Source: Chloroflexota bacterium
Lineage (GTDB): Bacteria > Chloroflexota > UBA11872 > VXOZ01
NCBI GenBank assembly: GCA_963663275.1
Contig: OY760183.1
Coordinates: 1,792,001 to 1,856,000 of the forward strand
Length of the DNA: 64,000 bases
Direction: 5' to 3'
Shown: one piece after another, positions 10,783 through 20,071 of the stretch
Position numbering within the stretch: the stretch's first letter is position 1
Layout of the letters: every line of letters starts with the position of its first letter
Notes under the pieces: generated by a model
Databases searched by the model: none
Told to the model about the DNA's origin: nothing
The model's input: only the letters and a program-made list of their open reading frames with translations
Position numbers and translations under genes: made by a program

Positions 10783-11529
10783 ATGGCTGACCTACGCTAT
10801 CGGCGCGTGCTGCTCAAGATTGGCGGCGAAGCGCTCATGGGCAAGGGGAAGGGCGAATATGGCATAGATCTGGCGATTGCGCGCAACATCGCCAAGCAGA
10901 TCGCCTCCGCCCGCCGCTTGGGCACCCAGATTGGGGTCGTAATCGGCGGGGGCAACATCTGGCGCGGCGAACTGGCGGCCGACCAGGGCATGGATCGGGC
11001 AACGGCGGACTACATGGGCATGCTCGCCACGGTCATCAACGCCTTGGCTTTGCAGGACGCTCTGGCGCGGGAAGGCCTGGACGCCCGCGTGCAGACCGCA
11101 ATCGAGATGCGGGAAGTCGCCGAGCCGTATATTCGCGCCCGCGCCATCGACCATCTGGAGCAGGAGCGCGTCGTTATCTTCAGCGCGGGCACGGGCAATC
11201 CTTTCTTCACGACGGATACGGCCGGCGCCCTGCGCGCCATGGAGATCAACGCGGAAGTGTTGATAAAGGCCACCAAGGTGGACGGGGCGTATGACAGCGA
11301 TCCCATAGAGAATCCGAGCGCCGTAAAGTTCGACTACCTCACCTACCTGGACGCGCTCAACATGGGCCTGAAGGTGATGGATAGCACCGCGATTTCACTC
11401 TGCATGGAGAATAATCTCCCCATTGCGGTCTTCAAGCTGGAGCACTCCGGCGCACTGGAGCGGTTGCTGCAAGGGGAGCCGGTGGGCACCTTGATAGGAG
11501 ATAGGGACGATGCTGGAGCCGATTCTTGA
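10783..11529 (+). CDS. pyrH: UMP kinase
   Basis: [41 protein letters not shown]. Confidence 0.98.
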   Translation: MADLRYRRVLLKIGGEALMGKGKGEYGIDLAIARNIAKQIASARRLGTQIGVVIGGGNIWRGELAADQGMDRATADYMGMLATVINALALQDALAREGLDARVQTAIEMREVAEPYIRARAIDHLEQERVVIFSAGTGNPFFTTDTAGALRAMEINAEVLIKATKVDGAYDSDPIENPSAVKFDYLTYLDALNMGLKVMDSTAISLCMENNLPIAVFKLEHSGALERLLQGEPVGTLIGDRDDAGADS

Positions 11530-12064
11530 GGAAACCGAAATGGCGATGGGCCTGGCTACCGAGGCCCTGGAGCGCGACATTGCGCGCATTCGAACCGGGC
11601 GGGCGTCCACGGCGCTGGTAGAAGACATCCCGGTGGAATACTACGGCACGGAATTGCCCCTGAACCAGGTTGCCACCATCATCGTGCCGGAGCCGCGCCT
11701 CATCGTTATCCAGCCGTGGGACAAACAGTCCATCCCGGCGATCGAGCGGGCGATTCTCAAGTCCGAACTCGGCATTACCCCGGCGAACGACGGCACGGTA
11801 ATCCGCATCGCGCTGCCGCAGCCGACCGCGGAGCGGCGCGAGGAACTGGCAAAGCTGGTGCGCCAGCGAGCCGAAGAGGCTCGCGTCGCCATCCGCAATA
11901 GCCGCCGCACTGCCCAGGACGCGCTGCGCAAGCAGAAGAGCGGCAGCGTTTCCCAGGACGACGTGCGCCGCGCCCAAGGCGAGTTGCAGAAGCTCACCGA
12001 CGCCGAGATCGAGCGCGTCGACGCCGCGCTGGCCGATAAAGAGCAGGAAATCCTGACCATCTAA
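11510..12064 (+). CDS. frr: Ribosome recycling factor
   Basis: [31 protein letters not shown]. Confidence 0.98.
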   Translation: MLEPILEETEMAMGLATEALERDIARIRTGRASTALVEDIPVEYYGTELPLNQVATIIVPEPRLIVIQPWDKQSIPAIERAILKSELGITPANDGTVIRIALPQPTAERREELAKLVRQRAEEARVAIRNSRRTAQDALRKQKSGSVSQDDVRRAQGELQKLTDAEIERVDAALADKEQEILTI

Positions 12065-12082
12065 CGTGGTTGCCGATTTGAA

Positions 12083-12341
12083 TGCGGCACATCGGACGAA
12101 AGCGGCAGACCGGACTGGTACGGAAGACTGGACGGATGCGCCACACTGGCCGGACGCGGCAATCCGGGTGGATGCGGCATCCAGGACGGACGCGCTAGAC
12201 GGGACGGAAGCGGCAGACCGGATGGCTCCGGTTGACGAGACGGATGCGCCACCCCGGGCGAGTGCGGCACACGGGACGGATGCGGCAAACCGGACAAGTG
12301 CGGCACTCCGGACGGGTGCGGCAAACCGGACGAGTGCGGCA
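12083..12341 (+). repeat. Degenerate 18-bp tandem repeat, 14 units plus a partial; lies within possible 93-aa ORF 12066-12347
   Basis: TGCGGCA-like core recurs in phase every 18 bp from 12083 to 12335. Confidence 0.85.
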
Positions 12342-12436
12342 GAATAGAAGGCTCCGCATGAGTCCCCTCTCCTGGGGGAGAGGGTTAGGGTGAGGGCGAA
12401 ACAGCAGACCGGCAAGAAGCTGACTGGGCGCTAACC

Positions 12437-13219
12437 ATGGAACCGACGCCTTCCAAGACCTCGAAGACGGCGACGGCGGAGGAGAGGAAATTCCCCCCGC
12501 TGCCCGTTACGCCCGTCCACGTCGGCATCGTGATGGACGGCAACGGACGCTGGGCGGCCCAGCGCGGGCTGCCGCGTTTGGAGGGACACCGGGCCGGCGC
12601 GCGCGGGGTGCGCGAGGTGGCGGAAGCCGCCGTTGACTTTGGCGTCAGAATTCTCACGCTCTACGCCTTTTCCACCGAAAACTGGGCGCGCCCGGAAGAG
12701 GAAGTCAGCGGTCTGATGGCGCTGCTGGAAGAGACGATCGAGCGCGAACAGGGCGCGATTGTGGAGAATGAGATTCAGGTGCGCTCCATTGGGCGGCGCG
12801 AGGCCGTGCCTTCCACGTTGCAAGTGGCGATCGAGCACCTGGAGGAAGCGACCCGGGGCAACGAGCGCCTGACGATCAATTTCGCGTTCAACTATGGCGG
12901 ACGCGGCGAAATCGTCGACGCCGTGCGCGAAATCGTGGCCGAGGGCGTGCCGGCCGCCCACATCTCGGAAGAGACGATCGCGCGGCATCTGTACACCCGC
13001 GACCTGCCCGACCCCGATCTGGTCATCCGCACGGCCGGCGAGATGCGGCTTTCCAACTTCCTGCTCTGGCAAGCCGCCTACGCCGAGTACTACGCCGCGC
13101 AGGTCTACTGGCCGGACTTCGGGCGCAAAGAGTTCTACGCCGCGCTTGCCAACTACAGCCGCCGGGACCGCAAGTTCGGCGGCCTTTCCGCGCGCCGCAA
13201 TGGCCAAGCGCAGCGGTAA
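12437..13219 (+). CDS. uppS: Undecaprenyl/polyprenyl diphosphate synthase
   Basis: HVGIVMDGNGRWA, YAFSTENWARP, IRTAGEMRLSNFLLWQ. Confidence 0.97.
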   Translation: MEPTPSKTSKTATAEERKFPPLPVTPVHVGIVMDGNGRWAAQRGLPRLEGHRAGARGVREVAEAAVDFGVRILTLYAFSTENWARPEEEVSGLMALLEETIEREQGAIVENEIQVRSIGRREAVPSTLQVAIEHLEEATRGNERLTINFAFNYGGRGEIVDAVREIVAEGVPAAHISEETIARHLYTRDLPDPDLVIRTAGEMRLSNFLLWQAAYAEYYAAQVYWPDFGRKEFYAALANYSRRDRKFGGLSARRNGQAQR

Positions 13220-14108
13220 GCGCGGCGAGGCGAGCCGCGCGACGCAACGTCCCCGCTGGCAGGATCTTGCCACCCGCGCCCTCTCCGCGCTCGTCTACGC
13301 GCCGCTCCTGCTCGTGCTGGCCTACTTTGGCAATCCGTGGCTGCTGGCGGGCATGCTGGCGTTTGGCGGGCTGGCGCTGTGGGAATACTTCCACCTGGCG
13401 CGCCGCATGGGCCTGCCCGCGCACCGCGTCACCGCCGCCGCGTTGGGAATCGCGTTCTTCCTGTGGCCGTATAGCTTGATCTGGGCCGGCTACGCGGAAC
13501 TCGTGATCCTGCCGCCGCTCATCTTTACGTCGATCGTGCTCTGCTCGCTCTGGCTCTTGCTGCTGCCCCGGTCGGGCGACCTTGCCCAGGCGTTCACCGG
13601 CTGGAGCATGGCGGCGGCCGGCGCGATCTACGTCGGCTGGCTGCTCGGCCACACCGTGGCGCTTCGCGACTATATCTACGTGCGCGGCGAGTGGTGGCTC
13701 ATCTTTGCCTTGGTGGTCACGTGGGCCTATGACACGGGCGCGTATCTGGTGGGCCGCGGCATCGGCAAACGGCGCATCTTCCAGCGCCTGAGCGCGGGCA
13801 AGACCCTGGAGGGCACGCTGGGCGGCGCGTTCATCGCGGTCACGGCCGCGGCGCTCTACGCGCAGTTCACGCCGTTCCCCCTCAATCCGCTGGCCGCCGG
13901 TCTGGTCGGACTGGGCGCGGCGGTCGCGGCGCAACTGGGCGACCTGGTGGAATCGTTGCTCAAGCGCGGCGCGGACGTGAAAGACACCGGTACCCTCATC
14001 CCCGGCCACGGCGGCATCCTGGACCGCATCGACAGCCTGCTTTTCACAGGCCCCTACATGTTCTACGCGGCCCTGATCTGGGCTAGCCTGCAACTGGGCG
14101 CGCAGTAG
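13200..14108 (+). CDS. cdsA: Phosphatidate cytidylyltransferase
   Basis: [45 protein letters not shown]; follows uppS. Confidence 0.95.
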   Translation: [302 protein letters not shown]

Positions 14109-14118
14109 AGCCCCAGCC

Positions 14119-14955
14119 TTACTCCCCAACCGCCATTTCCACCACCGGCCGGCCGTCTTCTTCCACCCACACGCCGCAGGGGCCGCCGCGCTCGCTGTTG
14201 CCGAGGGCTACCACGCTGCCGTCCATGCGCAGCACCGGATGGTAGTACTTCGAGACTTTCTCCGCGCTGCCCATGATGTAGTGGCCGATGAGCGAGCGGC
14301 GGAAGCGGTCGCTGGTCCGGTTGGGAAAGCTGCCGTGAATCAGTTGGCCGTTGAAGAAGAGCACGTCGCCGGCGTCCATGAGCACCGGCACGGTCCGCAT
14401 CTGCTCCGGCAGCGGCACCGTAACGTCCGTGAAACTCTGGGAGGTGTCGGCCTCTTCGATGCAGAGTTCCGGCAATATGTGGCTGCCGGGCACCACCTGC
14501 AAACAGCCGTTCGCCTCATCGCAGCGGTCAAGGGCCAGCCAGGCCGCCATGCACGTGCCGGGCTGCACCTGCAAGTAGAACTGGTCCTGGTGCAGGGCTT
14601 GACCGCGCGCGCCGGGCGGCTTGAAGTAGATCATGGACTGCACCGCAAACGGGTCTCCGCCCAGGAGCGCCGCCAGCCCCTCCCGAAAGCGGTGATCCAG
14701 CATCCATCGCAGGCTCAGGTCGTCCCAGCGGTGCATGTGGATCATGCGGGGAAACTGCTTCAGTGGGTCCGCCGCCGGATCGCCGTTTGGCGCTTCCACA
14801 CCGGCGGAATCGCCTTTGTACGTGCCCGACGTCCGCAGGTGCATGTAGTGCGCGGTGAGCGCCGCCACCTCGTCCGGCGGAAACAAGCCGCGCGCTACCG
14901 TATAGCCGTCTTGCTCGAAGGAATCCCTGAACGCTTGATCGAACATTGGCATCAT
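14119..14955 (-). CDS. Phytanoyl-CoA dioxygenase (PhyH) family Fe(II)/2OG dioxygenase
   Basis: HQD motif, WLALD...NGCLQVVPGSH, GDVLFF...HGS.PN. Confidence 0.9.
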   Translation of the reverse strand: MMPMFDQAFRDSFEQDGYTVARGLFPPDEVAALTAHYMHLRTSGTYKGDSAGVEAPNGDPAADPLKQFPRMIHMHRWDDLSLRWMLDHRFREGLAALLGGDPFAVQSMIYFKPPGARGQALHQDQFYLQVQPGTCMAAWLALDRCDEANGCLQVVPGSHILPELCIEEADTSQSFTDVTVPLPEQMRTVPVLMDAGDVLFFNGQLIHGSFPNRTSDRFRRSLIGHYIMGSAEKVSKYYHPVLRMDGSVVALGNSERGGPCGVWVEEDGRPVVEMAVGE

Positions 14956-15142
14956 CCTTACGTTCCCAATTTACGCGCCGTCAGCGCCGCTGTGTTCAGT
15001 CCATAGTGTACTCCAGCGAGGTCGATAAGACTATGCCCGCGCGCCGGCTGATCGGAAAGCTAACCCATCACTGCACGTGAGCAAGAGAAGACGTACAATA
15101 GTGCGTGTACAGACTTGGAGCAGCGGGGGAGTGATCGTCTTG

Positions 15143-16342
15143 ATGGTAAAGCAGCCGGAAAACTACCGCCTGGTCTGGGGCGACCTGCACATTCATTCGT
15201 ACTTTTCGTCGTGCTACTGGGGCGAAGACACGCTGCCGGACGGGTTCGACGGCTCGCCCGCCGACTGCTACCGCTACGCCCGGGACGTGGCGGACATGGA
15301 CTTTGGCGCGGTGACCGATCATACCTGGTCGGGCAACGGCCGGATGCTGGTGGAGGACGAGTGGGCGGAGATTCTCGACGCCAACCGCCAGTACCACGAG
15401 CCGGGCCGCTTTGTGTCCATTCCCGCCTACGAGTGGAACGCGCCCAAAGACAGGCAGTGGGGGCACCGCAACACCATCTTCAACCACGACGAACCGCCAA
15501 TTCTAACCAGCGGCGCGGCGGTTACGGACTTGGCGCAACTCTGGCGGCAGCTAGACGACTTGCCGTACGATTCTCTGAGCATCCCGCACCACCTGGCCCG
15601 CGACGCCACGCCCTACGACTGGTCGCAGCATCACGCCCATTGGGAGCCGGTGGTGGAAATCACGTCGCTCTGGGGCAATTACGAGTACCAGGGCAACCCG
15701 CACGAGTGCGATCCGAATTGGTCGCCCAGCGCCACAGGCAGTTTTCTGCAAGACGGCTTGGCGGGGGCGCGGCGCGTGGGCGTGATCGGCGGCGGCGACA
15801 ACCACACCGGCCACGCCGGCGGACACTACTACAACTCCCAGCAGCCGAACGCGGCAAAGTCCAAACGCCTGGGGCGGCTGAGCCAACTGCGCATGAACGC
15901 CCTGGGCACGGGCCTGGGCGGCCTCTATGTGACGGAGTTCACGCGGGACGGCATCTTCGAGGCGCTGCGCGCCCGGCGCTGCATCGCGGCGTCGGGACGC
16001 AAGATCGGCCTCTGGACGGAGACGAACGGCCTGCCCATGGGCGCGGAAGGCCCCGCGCTGGACGATAACCCGCGCACGATTGCTTTCACCGTATCCGGCA
16101 ATGAGCGCATCCAGAGTGTCACGCTGGTGCGCAACGGCGTGGACGTTAAGCGCTTCTACGCCGACGACTACTACCACGAGGGCGCGTTCGAGGACGCCGC
16201 CCCGCTGGAAGACCTGCTGAAGATTTCGCCGAGCGCCGGCGACGGCAACGGCGCGGAGTGGGTCTACTACTACGTGCGCGCGGTGCAGGAGGACAGTCGC
16301 ACCGCCTGGTCGAGCCCGGTCTGGTTTCCGCTCGGCGGCTGA
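15143..16342 (+). CDS. PHP-fold metallohydrolase (DUF3604/CehA-McbA-like)
   Basis: WGDLHIHS, AVTDH, YEW...GHRN, IPHH, GGGDNH, AWSSPVW. Confidence 0.8.
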   Translation: MVKQPENYRLVWGDLHIHSYFSSCYWGEDTLPDGFDGSPADCYRYARDVADMDFGAVTDHTWSGNGRMLVEDEWAEILDANRQYHEPGRFVSIPAYEWNAPKDRQWGHRNTIFNHDEPPILTSGAAVTDLAQLWRQLDDLPYDSLSIPHHLARDATPYDWSQHHAHWEPVVEITSLWGNYEYQGNPHECDPNWSPSATGSFLQDGLAGARRVGVIGGGDNHTGHAGGHYYNSQQPNAAKSKRLGRLSQLRMNALGTGLGGLYVTEFTRDGIFEALRARRCIAASGRKIGLWTETNGLPMGAEGPALDDNPRTIAFTVSGNERIQSVTLVRNGVDVKRFYADDYYHEGAFEDAAPLEDLLKISPSAGDGNGAEWVYYYVRAVQEDSRTAWSSPVWFPLGG

Positions 16343-16393
16343 AAGGTCGGCCTCTTCCTGGTCGGCAATGCTCTCCAGCGTTATCGCATTAAC

Positions 16394-16547
16394 GTAGCGC
16401 GGGGGCTTGTCCCCCGCCGGTGTAGCCGGAACCGCGTCCAGTCAGCAGGACGCAGGTTACGCGCACATCCCGTGCGAACCTACGCTACCGGAGTCCAAGT
16501 TTCGGCGGATGCGGGTTACGCGCACATCCCGCACGAACCTGCGCTAC
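16394..16547. repeat. REP doublet: family A (GTAGCGCGGGGGCTTGTCCCCCGC) facing two inverted family B copies
   Basis: A at 16394-16417; B-type CGCAGGTT...AACCTRCGCTAC at 16451-16488 and 16511-16547. Confidence 0.85.
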
Positions 16548-16636
16548 CGGAGTGGCGGGACAGTGTGCTCACCGTGCCCCATGCCACGAAGGCTGATGCT
16601 GCATCATTGACGATGCTCACTCTCCCAGGGGAGAGT

Positions 16637-16796
16637 CTGACAGGGGTAGACACTCTACATCCGACATTTCGTGTCATTCCGAGCGGAGCGCAGCGCAGAG
16701 TCGCTAAGAGCGCGGAATCTAAGGCATAGCCTCGCAAATTCAGCACTCTCTAGATTCCTCGCTCCGCTCGGAATGACACTTGCCTATCCCTGTCAG
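16637..16796. mobile_element. MITE-like element with CTGACAGGGRTAG inverted ends carrying a family D repeat (GTCATTCCGAGCGGAGCG...CGCTCGGAATGAC)
   Basis: 13-bp IR with one mismatch; family D also at 44996-45090, 52658-52761, 61244-61320. Confidence 0.6.
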
Positions 16797-16980
16797 CCGG
16801 AGAGAGGGCCGCGGTGAGGGGGAAAACAGGCCCCGAACGCCGCCCTGCCGACCCGAGCACACGGGTAACACCTCCAAGTCAGCTTGTTGAGGCGATTCGC
16901 GCAGCGTAGAATGGACGTAGCCCCTGCGGAGCGCGGATTGATGCGCCGAGCGGCGCGCCAACTGAGCGGAGAAACGCTTC

Positions 16981-17715
16981 ATGGTCGAAACAACGGCGGA
17001 CGAATCCCAGGCCGGAGTCGAATCCGTCTTCTCGCCGGTGCGCAACCTGGTCATGCCCGCGCTGGAGATTCCCGATCACTTCGCGTTCAACTCGCGGTTG
17101 AAGCTGGATGGACTGGAGTTCCTCGCGCTCTTGCCCGAGGACAAGATTCCGGTAGCGTTCCTGGACCCGCAGTACCGCGGCCTGCTGGACAAGATGTCCT
17201 ACGGCAACGAGGGCCGCACCAGAAACCGGGGCCGCTCGGCGCTCTTGCAGATGGACGAGGAGAAGATCGCCGCCTTCGTTCGCGGCATCGACCGCGCCCT
17301 GATGCCCAGCGGACACCTGTTCCTCTGGATGGACAAGTTCCACCTCTGCACGGGTTTCTCCCATTGGCTTGCGGAGACGAAACTCGCGGTGGTGGATCTC
17401 GTAACGTGGGACAAGGGCCGCATCGGCATGGGCTACCGCACCCGGCGCAAGAGCGAACATCTGGTCGTCCTGCAAAAGACGCCTCGCCGGGCCAAGGGCG
17501 TGTGGAAGATACACAACATCCCGGACGTGTGGGAAGAGACGGTGCCGCGGGACGCGGTGACCCACCGCAAGCCGGTGGAACTGCAAGGGGCGCTGCTGTC
17601 GGCGGTGACTAATCCGGGAGACGTGGTGATCGACCCGGCGGCGGGCAGTTTCTCCGTGCTGGAAGCCTGCCGCCAGCGCAACCGCGTCTTCCTGGGCTGC
17701 GACGTGGAAGGCTAG
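16981..17715 (+). CDS. Orphan N6-adenine/N4-cytosine DNA methyltransferase (beta-type motif order)
   Basis: Catalytic-like FLDPQY, then H-KPVEL, VIDPAAGS (SAM binding), FLGCD. Confidence 0.85.
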   Translation: MVETTADESQAGVESVFSPVRNLVMPALEIPDHFAFNSRLKLDGLEFLALLPEDKIPVAFLDPQYRGLLDKMSYGNEGRTRNRGRSALLQMDEEKIAAFVRGIDRALMPSGHLFLWMDKFHLCTGFSHWLAETKLAVVDLVTWDKGRIGMGYRTRRKSEHLVVLQKTPRRAKGVWKIHNIPDVWEETVPRDAVTHRKPVELQGALLSAVTNPGDVVIDPAAGSFSVLEACRQRNRVFLGCDVEG

Positions 17716-17768
17716 CGTCCCAACGCTTCGACGCGCGGGCGCCCCCTCACCCTAACCCTCTCCCCCAG

Positions 17769-17908
17769 GAGACCTTTGCATAACCCCTTCCCCATTGAGG
17801 GGGAAGGTTGGGATGGGGGTGTAAAGGATTGAAAACAGGCTATTTTTAGTTGTAAATGCGGTCTGGATTCCGGCTTTCGCCGGAATGACAGAGTTATGCA
17901 AAGGTCTC
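17769..17908. mobile_element. 140-bp MITE with GAGACCTTTGCATAAC inverted ends and 5-bp CCCAG target duplication
   Basis: Perfect terminal IRs; CCCAG at 17764-17768 and 17909-17913; interrupts a family C hairpin. Confidence 0.8.
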
Positions 17909-18077
17909 CCCAGGGAGAGGGAACCGGAGAGGGATACGTAGCGCGGGGGCTTGTCCCCCGTCGGGGCAACTGTAGACGAGTTGCCAGGCCCATCACCTCT
18001 CCCCAGGCAGAATGGATTTGGGGTGGGAAGGCCTTACGCGCGTAATCTATCGAAATAACACGTAGAGGCAAGAAACA

Positions 18078-19109
18078 ATGAACACAGAACCAATCCGCGT
18101 TGGCATCATCGGCGCGGGGGCGAATACGCGCGGCAAGCACATTCCCGGCTTGCAGGCGATCGAGGGCGTGGAAGTCGTCAGCGTTTGCAACCGCAGCGCC
18201 GAGTCCAGCGAGCGCGTGGCGCGGGAGTTCGGCATTCCGCAGACGTATGACAACTGGGACGAACTGGTGAGCGCGCCGGACACGAATGCCATCGTCATCG
18301 GCACGTGGCCGTATCTCCACTGCCAAGCCACGCTGGCGGCCGTGGCGGCCGGCAAGCACGTGCTCTGCGAGGCGCGTATGGCGATGAACGCCGCCGAGGC
18401 GTGGGAGATGCACGCCGCGGCGCAGGCGAACCCGCAGTTGGTAGTGCAGATCGTGCCGTCGCCTATGACGCTGCGGGTGGACACGACGCTGAAACGCCTG
18501 CTGGCGGAGGGCTACCTGGGCGAGTTGCTTGCCATCGAGGTGCGCGTGGGCGGCGAATTCCTGGGCGCAGCCGCGCCGCTGCACTGGCGGCAGGACTTCG
18601 ACCTGAGCGGCTTCAACATCATGAGCATGGGCATCTGGTACGAGGCAGTCTTGCGCTGGGTGGGCGAGGCTACCCGCGTGCAGGCCATGGGGAAAATCTT
18701 CACGAAGATGCGCCCGGACGAGAACGGCGCGCTGCGGACGGTGCGCGTGCCGGAGCACGTGGACGTGACGGCCGACATGGCCTGCGGCGCGCAACTGCAC
18801 ATGCAGGTCTCCGGCGTTACCGGCCTGGCCGGCGCGCCGGAAGCGTTGCTCTTCGGCAGCGCGGGCACGCTGCGCTTCTGCGACAACCGGCTCTACGGCG
18901 GCCGGCGCGGGGATTCCGCCCTGCAGGAGATTGCCATACCGGATGAGGAAGCCGGCGGCTGGCGGGTTGAGGAAGAGTTCGTGAATGCCATTCGCGGCCA
19001 AGAGCCGGTTACGCACACCACGCCCGAAACCGGCGTGAAGTACATGGAGTTCACCGAGGCGGTCACGCGCAGTATGCAGACCGGCCAGGCGATTGCCCTG
19101 CCGTTGTAA
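18078..19109 (+). CDS. Gfo/Idh/MocA family oxidoreductase
   Basis: RVGIIGAG, GKHVLCEAR (EKP-equivalent). Confidence 0.9.
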   Translation: MNTEPIRVGIIGAGANTRGKHIPGLQAIEGVEVVSVCNRSAESSERVAREFGIPQTYDNWDELVSAPDTNAIVIGTWPYLHCQATLAAVAAGKHVLCEARMAMNAAEAWEMHAAAQANPQLVVQIVPSPMTLRVDTTLKRLLAEGYLGELLAIEVRVGGEFLGAAAPLHWRQDFDLSGFNIMSMGIWYEAVLRWVGEATRVQAMGKIFTKMRPDENGALRTVRVPEHVDVTADMACGAQLHMQVSGVTGLAGAPEALLFGSAGTLRFCDNRLYGGRRGDSALQEIAIPDEEAGGWRVEEEFVNAIRGQEPVTHTTPETGVKYMEFTEAVTRSMQTGQAIALPL

Positions 19110-19198
19110 GGCCTAATGAATATCCCGGCGTGTCGGTTGGGTGGTTGCGGGACTCTGTCCGTATCGGCGCGCGCTCTTTCCGCTTTTGCTGAATAGCC

Positions 19199-19291
19199 GT
19201 AGCGCGGGGGCTTGTCCCCCCGCCTCTTGGCGCAGAGAAGGGAAGAGCTAGTCACACGCTACCGGGAAAGCAGGTTGCAAACCTGCGCTAC
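19199..19291. repeat. REP doublet A + inverted B
   Basis: A at 19199-19223; GCAGGTTGCAAACCTGCGCTAC at 19270-19291. Confidence 0.85.
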
Positions 19292-19353
19292 CGGAGAGGA
19301 AGCCATCCAGCGGACGAGCGCAAAGTCTTACCGCTTTCGCGAAGATAGATAGC

Positions 19354-20025
19354 CTATAAGATGCCGTGCCGCTCGAACACCGTCCTCATGCGTTCACCGG
19401 CGGCAAGTTCGGCGCGCACGGTGTTTTCGCCTTGCACCTTCTCCTCGGCGGGCCGCAGAACGTCCTCGATATGTTGGTGGGGGACGACCACCACGCCGTC
19501 GTAATCGGCCAGGATGTAGTCGCCGGGCTGCACCAGCACGCCGCCGCACGTAATCGGCACGTTGTGGGCAATCCCCTCGGCGCGGCCGGCGGCGTCGGCG
19601 GCGCAGAAGGCCGCCGCAAAGACGGGATAGGGCATACCGATGATCTTGTCCGTATCCCGCACCGGGCCGTCGATCACCGCCCCGGCGGCGCCCCGGGCCT
19701 GGGCGCACGTGGAAAAGAGTTCGCCCCACAGCGCGCACGGCGGCGCGTCGCCCAGAGCGGCGACGTAGACCTCCCCCGGCAGCAGGCTGTCCATCGCCTC
19801 GATCTCCATGTAGTGGTACTCCTCCTGGGAGGGAACGCGCTCCGCCGGACGGAAGTGGATGGGATGAGCGCGGCCCACGATGCGCGCCTGGGCATAGAGC
19901 GGCCGCACGCGGGGGGCCATCACCTGGTGCCGCAAGTCCAGGGCGTCAAGCGCGTCTGAGACCACGGCCACGTAGACGCGCCGCAGGCGTTCCAGATACG
20001 GGTCTTGGGGAGAAGCAGGGGGCAT
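19354..20025 (-). CDS. RraA/HMG-CHA aldolase family protein
   Basis: VSDALD, ALWGELFS, AVIDGPVRD, PGDYILADYDGVVVVP. Confidence 0.88.
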   Translation of the reverse strand: MPPASPQDPYLERLRRVYVAVVSDALDALDLRHQVMAPRVRPLYAQARIVGRAHPIHFRPAERVPSQEEYHYMEIEAMDSLLPGEVYVAALGDAPPCALWGELFSTCAQARGAAGAVIDGPVRDTDKIIGMPYPVFAAAFCAADAAGRAEGIAHNVPITCGGVLVQPGDYILADYDGVVVVPHQHIEDVLRPAEEKVQGENTVRAELAAGERMRTVFERHGIL

Positions 20026-20071
20026 GGCGCGGCGCTCCTTTCGCTGTGGGGCAGGTATCGGGTCTGGCGTA

